Assembly (NCBI RefSeq): GCF_004010195.1
Contig: NC_057753.1
Coordinates: forward strand, 6,137,520-6,201,519
Reading direction: 5' to 3'
Source: Chiloscyllium plagiosum
Lineage: Eukaryota
Length of the DNA stretch: 64,000 nt
A program made the translations under genes and the position numbers. Position 1 is the stretch's first letter; each line of letters opens with the position of its first letter. Of this stretch, positions 37,490 to 50,967 are shown one piece after another. The notes beneath the pieces were generated by a model. That model was not told the DNA's origin. It saw only the letters and a list, made by a program, of their open reading frames with translations, and did not search any database.

Positions 37490-39826
37490 AGTTCAAGTTA
37501 TAAATTGGGGCAAGGCGAATTTTGATGGAAAAGAATGTATTAGAATATATGAAGGTGCATTAATGTCTCGGTCGTGATCAGATACATCGAATACAAGAGG
37601 CCAGAGAAGAAATTAAGGGGGAGCAGGCTCCAAATTCTGAACCATCGTTGGCTACAGTTGAGGTCCTGGAAGACTAGAGGGTAGTGAATGTTGTGCCATT
37701 ATTCAAGAAGAGCTGCAAACAAAAGCTTGGGAAATTTGGACCAGTGAACTAAACATCTGTGGCAGGTCAGACACTTGAGAAGATTCTGAGAGATAAGATA
37801 TATATGCATTTGGAAAGATAGAGTTTCATTCGGAATTGTTAGCATGGCTTTGTATGTAGGAGATCATGCTTGCCAAATCTTTGAGAGTTTTTTTTGATGA
37901 AGTGACCAGGAAGTTTGACGAGCACAGGTCGCTGGATGTAATCTATATGTATTTCAATAACGCCTTTGGTAAGGTTCCACATGGTAGGCTCTTCTGGAAG
38001 GGTAGATTGCATGGAATCCAAGAGGAGCAAGCAAATTGTATCCACAGCTGGCTTGATGCGAGAAAGCAGAGAGTAAAGTGGAAGCATGCTTGTCGGACTG
38101 GAGGCCTGTGAGTGCCTCAGGGGTCGGTGCTGGGTTCATTGCTGTTTGTTATCTTGATCAATGATTCAGATGAGAATGTACAAAACCTTATTACTAAGTT
38201 TGGAGATGGCACACAAAACGCAATATCGTCATTATGGAGGCAAGTTATCAGAAATTGCAGCATGATCTTAATCAGCCGTGGAACTGGACCGATAAATGGC
38301 AAATGGAGCTTAATATAGATAATTGTAAGGTCTTTCGTTTTGGAAAGTTGCATCAAGTTTGAGTTTCATGGTGAATGGCTGGCGCTTAGGGAGTGTCGTG
38401 AAACAGATGGACCTTGGAGGTCAGGTGCACATTTCTCTGAAAGTGGAGTCAGAGGCAGACAGGGCAGTGAAAAAGGCTTTTAGCACACTTGCCTTCATCA
38501 GTCAGGACAGAAAGTATAGAAGTTTGGAAGTTATGTTACTGTTCTACAGGATATTGGTGCGTTTGCACTTGGAGTATTGTGTTCAGTTTTGACCACCTTG
38601 CTGTAGGAAAGATGTAACTATACTGGGAATAGTGCGCAACAAATTTACAAGGACGTTGCCAGAATCCAACAGCCTAATTTGTAGGGAGAGATTGGGCAAG
38701 CTAGTACTCCTTTTGTCGAGTGTAAGAGACTGAGGGGGGATCTTGTAGGAATATGCAATGTTATGAAGATGTAGGGTGTACCGTACTTTTAAGAGAGTTA
38801 AAAACTAGCATTGACAGCACAAAGTGTTCTCAATAAGATATAATGTAAACAAGTGATCCAGCCACTGCGGTAGCTTGGATAGTTAGTTGCCTGGAGACAA
38901 AAAAAAACAGATTTGAATTAAGCCAATCAATTTAAATATACTCCCAAACTCCAATCCAGTTTGGATTTAGTATATTGATAATCTTAAAAGACAATGACAC
39001 AATCTGATGCTTGGGGGGGGGGGGGGGGGTCTAAGATCGGGGAAAGTTGAACAGTTGAGAGGAGAACTGCCCAGCTACCAGCATGTAAAAAGACTGCCTG
39101 AAAATGGCGCTCTTAAAAGTACCGTTATCGATCAGTAACCTGTGAGGCAGAATCCCTAACAAGAAAATAAGGCACATGAAGATCTAAATATATCCAAAAG
39201 CAGCTGGTTTTGAGATAAGGAGTTTTGTTTCGTAAGTTTTAATGGGGTAGTTTCATCAGCCTCGTATTGTGGAAGGGGAGTGTAAACGAATATTTAGCTT
39301 TGTTGATAGTTGTTAGTTAATCATTTTCTGTTATACTTTAAGAAATGTAGTTGTTAATTTTTACCTTAACTATTTCTTGGCCTGTCAAATTTTCACAGAT
39401 TATTGCACGGGATAAATCTTCTCTGTATTGCTTGTTTTAAATTAAGCAGGAGGGTTTACCCTCTAACAGTAATATCATGACGGTCATGGATAAAGTGAAT
39501 GTCTTTTACCCAGGACGGGAGGTGGGTGGAGGAAGGGATTAGACAGCATTCGTCTCAGGTTACAGGGAAAAGAGTAAAAGGCAACATGAGGAGCAACTTT
39601 TTCACGAAGAGGGAATGCTCATATGGAATGTGCTGCCAGTTAAGGGTTTGAGAGGGGTACATTAACAACATTTAAAAGACATTTGAGCGAACACAAAAAT
39701 AGGAAAGTTTTATAAGGATATGGAAAAATGCAGGGAAGTGGGTTTGGCTTTGATCGACATTTTGGTCATCATGGACCAATTTAGGCCAAATGGCCTGACA
39801 CCGTGCTGCAGGACTCTATGACTCTA
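37490..39826 (+). mobile_element. CR1-type LINE RT-to-3' fragment interrupted by a solo LTR
   Basis: FGKVPHGRL, VPQGSVLGSLLFVILIND and HLEYCVQF. It resumes after 39468 and ends ctctatgactctat. Confidence 0.9.
38759..39468. mobile_element. Solo LTR (710 bp)
   Basis: Termini TGTTA...TAACA and a 4-bp TSD gcaa/gtaa (38755-38758 and 39469-39472). It splits the CR1 'YKIM' motif region. Confidence 0.8.
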
Positions 39827-41343
39827 TATTCTAAGGTTCAGTTTCAAGCAGGTAATGAACGTGTAACAATCCTGGTCCTGGAATTCTGTTTCCTCGAAGA
39901 ATTGACACTTCTTGCCAAAGAAAGATTTCCAAATGTGAGTTAAACTTCCGCTGGAGCTGAGTTGACAAATTAAATGTTTGTGTTGCAGAAATCCACAATT
40001 GAAAGCCATTAAAAGCACGAAAGCATTGACCTGAGGTGGCTACCCTTTAGCTACTATCTAGGGACAACAATGTTAGGTTTGTTGGACGAGATTTAAAGGG
40101 TTGATATTAATATGTGGGTGAAAGGTCCAAGAAGTCAAATGCTTTATGTCAATCTTCGGAATAGTCCTCAGATCAAATTAAACTTTAAACTTGACATAAA
40201 ATCTATTTACTAGCTGTTGATTCTACTTTTAGAATGTATTATTTAACTTGACTATTAGCAATGTACGGATTGGTTATATCAAATGGAAGGGTGTGATACT
40301 TGTGATTGAAGTCTCCAAGTCATGTTAACAGTCAGACCTGTATATTTTGCCAGGTTAAGTATGATCTGCACTTCTTACTAATAAATCTCTGGAGCACTAA
40401 TGCCACAAACCCTCATGCTGCGCAAGAGAAAAAATATATAGACTAACCTTTCAATTAGCTCAATGTTTTATCTGATCACTTTGCTGAAAGACTTTTCATA
40501 GCTTTGTGATACCTTTCTAAAGTGAACTGATTTGATCTTCTCTCTGTTCACATTCTCTCCCAGACAGATCAGCCAGAGAAACAGTCAAAGCAGTGAACAT
40601 GTCTTCCTATGTTTGATGGTATAACCTCGTACCTCAAACAAAGCTAGTTTGCAAATTAATTGTGATATTGTATTCCTCTGTGATGTACAGGAGGAGGGCC
40701 ACCTTTGTCCTTGGAGGCCAGACTTTGATCAATCCTGTTGAAGTGACTTCATTGCAAACAAGCAGAGAGATACAAATCTCTCACGCTCTTCCATCAGCAC
40801 AGGATATTTAAGTTCGTATATTTAAGAGATATAAACACAGCTTCTTCCCCGCTGTAGTTCGATTTCTGAATAGACCTGTTGAATTTTAAATTTAATGTTG
40901 ATCGCACTCTCTGTTCACCATTCAATAGTAGTGCAGGATTGAAGGACGGAATGACCTACAAATGCACCGATTTTCTATTGGAGCTGAGAAGACTTTAGCG
41001 TGTGACTGGAATTCTCTCCGCAGGAGTGAAATACCAGAAGCTGCTGTCCTTCACGCATTCTTGCCTGGTGGGCATATTAGTTGTTTTGCAAACTAAGCAG
41101 GTTATGGACAACTCTGTTTGAACGGATATGCTGACTTAAATCGATTAAAATGCGAATTTCCAAATCTGTATTAAATCATCGACCTCGGATAATTACATGC
41201 TTCAGCGGTGCCGGGCGAACTGTCCCAAACGTCAAACAAGCACATACAAAATATGGCATGTTAAATCAGTCTGTAATAATAGGTGTGAAGCCTTGTAATG
41301 TCTAATCAAAAATTCAATATATATTCACGTATGTAAAGCACGC

Positions 41344-41372
41344 GTGTGTGCATCGTGTGTGTGTGTGTGTGT
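41344..41372. repeat. (TG)n microsatellite
   Basis: Direct reading of the sequence. Confidence 0.9.
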
Positions 41373-43781
41373 TGCAGTTAATGCAGTTACACAGGATTGA
41401 ACATGATTAAGACAGTGCGAGATGGACAACATTCTAAGCAGACCAAACCCGACATTACAAAAAGGATATTAACATCTTCGGTGAGTAGTAAAACAGAGGG
41501 GAATTACATTCAATTTAGACAAGTTGAAGTGGAAATTAGTGAAAATAATGACTTAAACGTAAAAATAGGTCCTACAAGTTTGGAATGTTTTCAGCAAAGG
41601 GTACTTGATCCTATATCAACCTTAATTTTTCACTTACGCTGATCTGATTCATTTTCCTATCTACCACAGTCGAATGCATGGTGATATTTGGAAAATAAGG
41701 TGGCATTGTAGTACACAGGAACACCATTCCATTTCAGTTTGTCCCTATACAACACCTTGACTTAGAACTTTAGAATCTGTGTTATCAATAACACACGGCA
41801 TTTGAAATGAACCAAAGCCTGTCAAAACTCCTTTTTTTGTAACGGCAGTGCAATTATTCAAAAAGACAGAGCAACATAAACTTCTAAAGGATAATGAGAG
41901 ACTGCCAAAAGTATCCTTCTTGTCAGTGATGCTGACATCCTATACAATAATGCATAATGGAATAAAATGTGCTTATGGCAAGCAATGAGCTGAAGTGCAG
42001 TTGGTCTTGGGTGCTATTTAGACTTGTATATAAGCACAATTAATACATGCACGTAACAAGGATCATGACATGACTTGTGCATGGAGCGAGCTTCTGTGTT
42101 TAAAGTTTCCATTTCTATATCAAGTTTTGCTTTATCCTTGTACAGGATTTGCAGATCACTAACAGGGCCAGAATGCTTTGCTGATGTGTTCGCCAGTCCA
42201 CTTCGGATGGCAGGTGTGCATTCATTATATGTAGGTGAGATCAGAGAAGGACGATTTCCTTCACTCTAGTGTGGTAACAACAATCAACAAGAGTTACCTT
42301 TTTTTCCATGCGACTAACATTTGATCCAAGATTTTGCAATTAACTGGAAATTCATCTGTCACGGTGAAGTTGGAATCTATTTCATCAGTCTATTAATCTG
42401 TGCACTTTGGGACATGCCCTTGAAAAATAAAACAGAAAATGCTTTACATCTACACTTCTGCATGGAAACAGGTGCAGTATGAGTAGGCAGTCTCGCTGCC
42501 TGCAAAGCATAAAGCCCTGTCCTATGAGCCCGTTAATAATCTTACAATGGTTGTCAGTGTAATCCTTCACACAGTAGGGAATTTATAATACATTTTGCGC
42601 AATTGCTTAGAAAACTTGCAAATCACTATCCAGCATTACATATAATTGTCAAATTGGACATTGTGTAAAGTTTATGATCTTGTCCATTGCTCATTGAAAT
42701 GACGTGTTCGGATAGACACACGTACACAACCTGCCTTGTTCAATACTAAAACAAATTTTGTAAGCTAACTGGTTTATTCTCCATCATAAAGTTTCGCTAA
42801 TCAAAGACCACTTGCCAAAAAATCTAGCAAATTCTTCTCATCCAAAATAAATGTTTTTATTTACTTTGTTGTTTGGTGTGAATGATCCTAAGGAACTTGA
42901 GGTATAAGATTTAAACAAAACGTGTCCTTTCTCAATAATACTTCATTTAATATATCTACTGACAGCATCTCAAAGAGTGAGGATCATTGTCAACGACAGA
43001 GGTATTTGGTCATTAAGTTTCTCAAGTTTTAATACGCTCTGGTACGATTTCAGGCATGGGAAAATGCGTGAGGTCTGGGGATTTAATTTTTTTGTTTGCC
43101 ATGCTCTACCATTTTGACTTCAGGCTTGAAAGCAATAACCTGGGAGGCTTTGGGAGACCCCGACTGGAAAATACAAAAATTATTATTAATGCCAGAAAAT
43201 GTGAGTTTGTGTTCACATTGAGGAAAGCACTGAATCCTTAAATTGTTCCTGCTTTGTATCACAGTGTATTATAATAACCGGACAATTCAAAGTTCTGTTG
43301 TAACACTGCAAAGCTGTACTTTAATTAAGTGGTCAGTAACAACACTAATAATTTAAAATAGGCTTGAAGCTAAAGCTTTTAATCATGTAAGCATAAAAAT
43401 TGCAGTCCAAACAAACCAACTGCTTGATTAGATTATGGTAGCATTGAGATGGAATCAGTAATGTGAACGGTCCCAAATAGTTAACTGATTGAATTCAAAT
43501 CAGAGTATTCGACTCTGGAGGGTCAGGCATTGTTATATGGATTCCACATGGATGGCCATCTCCATTGCCCTTTCCTCATGTAAAAATATGTAATGTGCGA
43601 ACATGCCCATTCTGCCTGTGCATGTAAATAAATGTAACTTCTCCAATGTAATTATAGAGCAAACAAATCTTCATTTTTTTTTCTGTCCCTGAAGATTCCC
43701 TCTGATTCTGGTTTGCTTGGATACACTTAGCGTGTGCTACAATATCAAAGCAAAATAGAAAGCATCTGAACCCATTTATTC

Positions 43782-43925
43782 ACAGAATCCATGCAGTCTG
43801 GAATTCAACATTCGAGTCCACACCGACCCTCTGAGCAGTACCACCCAGACTCATTCCCATACCCTGTCCCTGTAATACTGCCTTGTCATGACCAATTCAT
43901 ATAGCTTGCATATCTCTGGACATTA
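43782..43925 (-). mobile_element. Partial HE1-type SINE 3' end
   Basis: gtccacaccgaccctctgagcag..ccacccagac..ccaattca. Confidence 0.65.
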
Positions 43926-45482
43926 CAGACATTTTCTATATAATCTATTCTGATATACTAAACTGAGCCTTCCTTGTTGTATACAGTGTTTATTTTCTCC
44001 TCAATTTGTTTCAGAACTCTTTTGCAATTACCTCTGTTCGACAGGCGATATTCAGTTGAGGAAGTTGCATGAGATCAGACCGAATCTGAGCAGAGAATTG
44101 TATTTCAGATATGTTGTGGCAAATGTCTGTGGCTTTTGTGTTTTGAACCAATAGAATTTCTTGTCCAGAATTAGGTCACGAACAATAAACGACAGGACCC
44201 TCAGATTTACATTGACAATTATTTTGGACCAACCTGTTCAGACATTTTATAACAAACATGGAGGGACTGTTCAGTCCAAACCTTCTGAGCTAGAGGCAGG
44301 GGCAACACAACTGGACAATCCAAACCCTCACATTTCCAATAATAAGCATCATGCTTCTCATTAACCAGATGTACTGTGTCTATCCCCTTTACCATCTGTG
44401 TTCCAGGTTGAAATCCTTCTGACAATTTGTCTGTACCCAGATCGCAATGAGTGGAAGTTGTCTACCACTGAGAGGACAGAGAGCTGCTTCTTCAGGATAT
44501 TCCAGTGAAAACACAAGCTCTGAGAAAAACAGTGCGGAGCTCATTTTCTGTTGCGTTGAAACACTAACAATGACACTTAGCCTCCGGGGCCACACTGCTG
44601 CTTCTGCAAGATATCTGGGTCACATTGTTTCCCAATGTGACAATGTACAGATCTAAATGAGTTAATGTGGGCTCACCTTTGGCTGAAGTATGACGATGAT
44701 AATTAATCTCGTATTCCTGCGTTGTAAGGTGATTTAGTCAGGTTTTCTGCTATCCATTTATATACAACGACCATGCTGATAAGTGACCCTGCCTGAGCTG
44801 AAGTCAAACAATAAAATGAAAAAATCGTGGCTATTTAGCCAATAACTCCATGCCAGAATAGAAGAGCACCAGACTCCTCAGATACTGAAGACATCTACTT
44901 TCAAAGCAATACATCTGGTGAATTATCATGGTTATGTTCATAAGTGCTAATTGCATTCCTCAGAATCTATTTGTTGGAGTTCTGCATTCAACGTTCGTTC
45001 TACTGTCAGTTTCATTTACTATCTGTTCCACACCAGTGAGTAAGCGTTCCACTTGTGAGGGCTGAGTAGTTGATACTTGTGGCTAGATATATTTAATGTC
45101 CTTCAGATGGGAGCAGTCGTCGTTTTAAACCACATAGTCATAATTTTAAATGACTCCCAGTATCATGTCTATTGAAGCATGAAGCAACACTTTGCACCTT
45201 ATAATTCCCATTTAATTAACTCAGTCGTATAAATGTCTCTTTTGTAATTTAAAACTGAGATACCGGTCAATAGTTTTGTGAAAGAAAATCCCACTATAAC
45301 ACACATGACGAGATGTCATCTCTATCCTGATGTTACTATTCTTCTAAATTTTTATCTTGGAGAGTAAGCTTACAATGAGACATTCCAATCTTTATAAAGC
45401 TGTAAATAACAGAGTACATCTGATACAAAAGGGTTTTGAACAATCTTCCACAGGCATTTAAATCAGTCAAGAACGACAAAGG

Positions 45483-45630
45483 CGAAAGCAGATGCTGGAG
45501 ATTAGAGTTGAGAGTGTGGTGCTGGAAAAGCACAGCATGAATCTGATCAAGGGTTTTTGCTCGAAACGTCGATTATCCTGCGCATTGGATGCTGCCTGAT
45601 CTGCTGTGCATTTCCAGCACCACACTCTCA
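45483..45630. mobile_element. Miniature fold-back Penelope-like insertion
   Basis: 29-bp inverted arms 45509-45537 and 45602-45630 (1 mismatch) around a hammerhead-like core; 14-bp TSD aagaacgacaaagg / aagaatgataaagg. Confidence 0.85.
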
Positions 45631-45869
45631 AAGAATGATAAAGGACCATTTATCCCAAACAATGGAATTTTACACAAGAAGGCTGGATGCATCGTTGGAG
45701 TATGAAATGTGCACATTGTAAACGTCTTTACCAAGGAGGCAGCTCTTGTTAAAACATTATAAGAAAGGAGTATAGAGATTGTGTGAGCTACAAATTATTA
45801 GCAGGATGTACAGACTAGGTAATTTAACTATAATTATATTCGTATGGGAGCCGGACCTGATGACATATA

Positions 45870-46762
45870 CCTTAGGATGCTGGGATTAAGTAAGTTTCTA
45901 ACTTTGTGGAGGCACTAATCAATAACCTTCTGTGTGAGGTGACGCTGCTTCACCACCAGAAAAACAAATGGAAATGCCGTTGTGCACAAAAGTTATAGGG
46001 GAGTTTTGTGCATAGAAATCGTGTCTCAGTGGTTGGATTCAGTTTTTTGAAGACGTGACAATGAAGGCAGAGCCGTAGATGTTGTCTATATGAACTTCAG
46101 TAAGGCATTCAAGGAGGTTGTACATAATAGTCTAGTTTGCAATGTTAGATCACATAGAATCTGGGAGGGGAGTGGGGGTAGATTGATAGTGAATTGATCC
46201 AACATTGTCTTGAAGCTAGGAGGTAGAATGTGGTGATAGAGGGCTGTTTTTCAGACTGGAGGACGGTGATCAATGGTGTGCCACAAGGATTGGTGCAGTG
46301 TTCACTGTTTTTTGTCATTTAAATAAATGATTTTAATGAGAAAATAGGAGGAATAGTGAGTAAGTTTGAAGATAACACCAAAATTGGTGGTGCAGTGGAT
46401 ACTGAAGAAAGTTATCCCAAAGTACGCCAGGACGTTGATGAGATGGGCTGAGAATTAACAGATGGAGCTCAATTTAAATAAATGCGAAGTATCGCATTTT
46501 AGTAATGCAAATCAGGCCAGGAATTATACAGTATTTGTTAGGACCCTCGGGAGTGTTGTCGAACAAAGAGACTTGGTGTGCAAATGCATAGTTCCTTAAA
46601 AGTGAAGTCGCAGATGGACAGGCTGATGAATAAGCTATTCCATATAATTCCCGTCATTGGTCTGCGCAGGAGTACATGAGTACAGGCAACTTCATGGGAT
46701 ATTAGATCGACCACTTTTTGAATGCTGCGTTCACACAAAAGTCAACTAAAAAAAACCATTGA
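45870..46762 (+). mobile_element. Degenerate CR1-type LINE RT fragment running into a gap
   Basis: DVVYMNFSKAF, NGVPQGLV and SKFEDNTKIGG remnants. Confidence 0.8.
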
Positions 46763-47262
46763 NNNNNNNNNNNNNNNNNNNNNNNNNNNNNNNNNNNNNN
46801 NNNNNNNNNNNNNNNNNNNNNNNNNNNNNNNNNNNNNNNNNNNNNNNNNNNNNNNNNNNNNNNNNNNNNNNNNNNNNNNNNNNNNNNNNNNNNNNNNNNN
46901 NNNNNNNNNNNNNNNNNNNNNNNNNNNNNNNNNNNNNNNNNNNNNNNNNNNNNNNNNNNNNNNNNNNNNNNNNNNNNNNNNNNNNNNNNNNNNNNNNNNN
47001 NNNNNNNNNNNNNNNNNNNNNNNNNNNNNNNNNNNNNNNNNNNNNNNNNNNNNNNNNNNNNNNNNNNNNNNNNNNNNNNNNNNNNNNNNNNNNNNNNNNN
47101 NNNNNNNNNNNNNNNNNNNNNNNNNNNNNNNNNNNNNNNNNNNNNNNNNNNNNNNNNNNNNNNNNNNNNNNNNNNNNNNNNNNNNNNNNNNNNNNNNNNN
47201 NNNNNNNNNNNNNNNNNNNNNNNNNNNNNNNNNNNNNNNNNNNNNNNNNNNNNNNNNNNNNN
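46763..47262. other. Assembly gap (500 N)
   Basis: Run of N. Confidence 1.
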
Positions 47263-48269
47263 CATTTTTGAACTGAATTTTAATAATCTCTAAAGATTCT
47301 GATGGCGTTTCCAGCAAATTTAAGTGCTGGGTTGTTGCTGTAACTGTCTCTCCGTTCAGCACAGAAGGATACAGATCCAACCCCAGCTTATCTGCTATGT
47401 CCAGCAAACTTGCATTTCTCAGCTTTTGTAAAAACCCTAACGTCACTTATTCCACCCTCAGACAACGCTTGTTGAGTGAAAGAGCCATTGCGATCCCAAG
47501 CACTGATTCAACCGACATAGTTCAACAACCAGAAACAAACTGACATATGCCATTCGCTGCCTTCGAGATCAATTCGTCTCATGCGAATTTGGAGCTATAG
47601 AATAAATCTCGCAAAACCCTCCCAGTCAGTTATAAATCAGCCCAGTCTCCTACAAAACATTTCAAGAATGTGGCCAAGACCATAATGTTGCTAGTTTTAA
47701 GCAGGTGTAACGCGGGTGTTTCAGGAGTGATATGACTTGTTAATCCGGTCAGTTAAAAATAAAAAATATATACTTGCAAGTTCACCAAATGAAACACAAT
47801 CAAAAGAGAACAGATTACAAAATAATTTAGATTACCTGAGCACCCAACATTTTACCCTGACCAAATATTCGGTTTCCCAGTACTTGCAACAATCCCCACA
47901 AACATCCCTTAGCACAAAACCTAAAATCAAACACTCGGTTTTACAGGAGAGAAGTCAGAGGGAGTGACGGGTCGCATGGACCTGCTTCTTTGGATTAAGC
48001 AACATCAAATTTGCCTGATTGCTTTCATTGAATTGCCAGACTGCCAAAAATGCAACTAAACCAGAGAATAGCTACGCTGGGAGAACTGGCCCCATCTCTT
48101 TCATTGCTCAAGTGTTTTCTTCTTTCAAAAACACGGGAAAGCCTTTTGCTAGAGGCAGTATCAAATTGGGTCCAAACAATCCACATCCAGATTTTTCAGA
48201 ACATGTGTATTTTACATCCTCCTCGAAAAAAGAACAGCATAACTTTAAGAAAGGAACAACATTATCACA
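47263..48269 (-). mobile_element. LTR (~47628-48269) plus leader and gag N-terminus of a Gypsy-type element
   Basis: MALS..VTLGFLQKLRNASLLDIADKLGLDL resembles the gag start at ~52460 (LTKLIELGDKLEMEL). LTR-like termini agtta...tcaca with a degenerate PBS-like stretch next to them. Confidence 0.65.
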
Positions 48270-49293
48270 ATGGCATGACTTTAAATTGAGACAGTCCATC
48301 CGCCATTTGGAATTTCAAAACTGCCCTCGCTCTTTTGGATAAAAGTACCTGCAAATATCATTTGTGTCGGTCCAACTTCAATGTATAGGATGTTTGTCCC
48401 ACCTTTTCAACAAAGTCTTCTAAACATGGAGACGTATATGAATCAGACTTTGCATATGCATACTTTGCAATAGTACACTGTGCGATAGTACACACATAAC
48501 CGTTGGGCACTGTCTTGCTTTGGCTCTATTCGCTATGGGCGAGCACCAGTCATTGCAACACAATTCGATTAATTTGTCTTGGAGCATGTCTTCAATCTCT
48601 TTTTGAAGCTGAGCTTATTTAGATGATTAGGTCTGCAAGAATGCTGGTTCATGGTAATATTATTTCCTTTCTGTACATAATGCATACTTAAATAATTACT
48701 CCTCGCCTACGACCACATATCTCCCCATGCTATAGCAATAACTCTTTCAGATCATTTTAATTTTCCTCCGGAAGGTAACTCAATCCTTTATTCTGATTTA
48801 TGACAAAGTCCCCATTGTTCAATTTAATTTGAGGAAATTCCAATTCTAAGTCCCTTTACCTTGATTCATCATTCTTTGTTGTAACTAATAGCACATACTC
48901 CGTTTGCTTTCCTTACCTAACATTTACCTTTTAAGCATTTTGACATGACACACTCTGTAAGATTTCTTTCTGTCTAGTTTTCTTATCAAATAGTTCAGCT
49001 CATTCAATCTCTTTCCGACTTGATAAGTTTCACTAAACCTTGATTTAAAATGTTCGCTCATCACTGGACGTAACACTAATACTTCACCTTCGTCAGCAAA
49101 ATCGCGAATTTTTTATTTCTTTTTTTTCATCTTTTGTCGTATTATGTGATATTTTAAACGTTGTCCCGTCAACTTCCCGTCAAATGTGATGCACAGTCTA
49201 CATATGTAATCATTGAGTACTGACACACTAATTTCTTCTTAATTAATTTCAGTTGTTCTCACAAATCATGTTAGAAAGCTAATGGCATTTTTT

Positions 49294-49604
49294 TAGATTA
49301 GATTATTTACAGAGTGGAAACAGGCCCTTCGGCCCAACAAGCCCACACCGACTCTCCGAAAACCAAACCACCCAGACATATCCCCCACATTTACCCCTTC
49401 ACCTAACACTAGGCGCAACTTAGCATGGCCAATTCACCTAACCTGCGCATTTTTGGGACTGTGGGAGGAAACCGGAGCACCTGAAGGAAACCCACGCAAA
49501 CACGGGGAGAATGTGCAAACTCCACACAAGCAGTTGCCTGAGGCGGGAATTGACCTCAGGTCTCTGTTGCTGTGAGGCAGCAATGCTCCCACTGTGCCAC
49601 CGTG
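49294..49604 (-). mobile_element. HE1 V-SINE inside the Gypsy integrase region
   Basis: Full head, V-domain and tail in reverse orientation. Confidence 0.93.
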
Positions 49605-50563
49605 ACACCTAGTAGACGTTTTTAAATTATTTATCTGCAATAGCAAAAGATACAAGCGGAATTCCTACATTTCAATGGTCTGGATAACCTTGAAATTATG
49701 CCCTCAACGTGGTGTTTCGTGTGTGACCACACGTTTCTTGCATGCCCTGCATTTCTATGTGGTTTACAGGATGAATGATACAATGTGAATTGTATTATTC
49801 ACCAGCTGTCCATAACTGTCTTAAATAAATTTGGAGTAATAATTGACCCTTGAGCTGACTGGATTTCTGTGAGTAATCCCTATATTATGGAAAAATTGAT
49901 TAGCATTTCCACAATCCTTTTAACTGTGATTAGCCCAGTAGTATGACATCTGGCCATCAAATGCATCAATCCATTATTGTTAACAAATATTGATTCCCAC
50001 TCTTTATTTTAACGTTCATTTATCTGTGATTTGCGTAGTGGTATGACATCAAGATATAAAATGATCAATCCATTCTTGTTAACAAATATTGACTCTCACC
50101 TTTTTTTGTTTTAACGTAGGGATGTTACATGATCAGTTAAGATTCTTGTAAAAGATTCCTCAAATGCAGGAATGGTTATTAAAGGAGCAGATATTAAGTT
50201 TGCCTGCGGTTTTCCCATTAGCTGACATCTGTAAAACGACTGGCAAAATTCAGCTTCATTCTTGTGCAGTCCAGGTCAATAAATTTGTTTTTTGTATTTT
50301 AACTTGAGTTTTTCTTACAACCATGTGATGTCCATTTTTGAGTTTATGCGCTATACGCATCTCGTCCTTTCAATAACCGACTGTAACATGGCTTGATGAA
50401 CTGCTACCCATTTCACATCTGCCTGAATATGTCGTGGCCATCATTTTTAACCTAGCAACATCCAGAGATATACTCATACTCTCCTTTATTCAACGCTTTT
50501 TGATACAATTGCTTCAGTTTCTCCTCATTGTGTTGTTCCTCAGTTAATTTCCCTGAAGTAAAG

Positions 50564-50967
50564 NNNNNNNNNNNNNNNNNNNNNNNNNNNNNNNNNNNNN
50601 NNNNNNNNNNNNNNNNNNNNNNNNNNNNNNNNNNNNNNNNNNNNNNNNNNNNNNNNNNNNNNNNNNNNNNNNNNNNNNNNNNNNNNNNNNNNNNNNNNNN
50701 NNNNNNNNNNNNNNNNNNNNNNNNNNNNNNNNNNNNNNNNNNNNNNNNNNNNNNNNNNNNNNNNNNNNNNNNNNNNNNNNNNNNNNNNNNNNNNNNNNNN
50801 NNNNNNNNNNNNNNNNNNNNNNNNNNNNNNNNNNNNNNNNNNNNNNNNNNNNNNNNNNNNNNNNNNNNNNNNNNNNNNNNNNNNNNNNNNNNNNNNNNNN
50901 NNNNNNNNNNNNNNNNNNNNNNNNNNNNNNNNNNNNNNNNNNNNNNNNNNNNNNNNNNNNNNNNNNN
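50564..50967. other. Assembly gap (404 N)
   Basis: Run of N. Confidence 1.

Noticed and set aside
44619..44641. gtcacattg-tttcc-caatgtgac hairpin or RSS-like heptamers
   Set aside because: It has only 9-bp arms, no nonamer at 12/23 spacing and no Ig/TCR segments, so it is compatible with chance.
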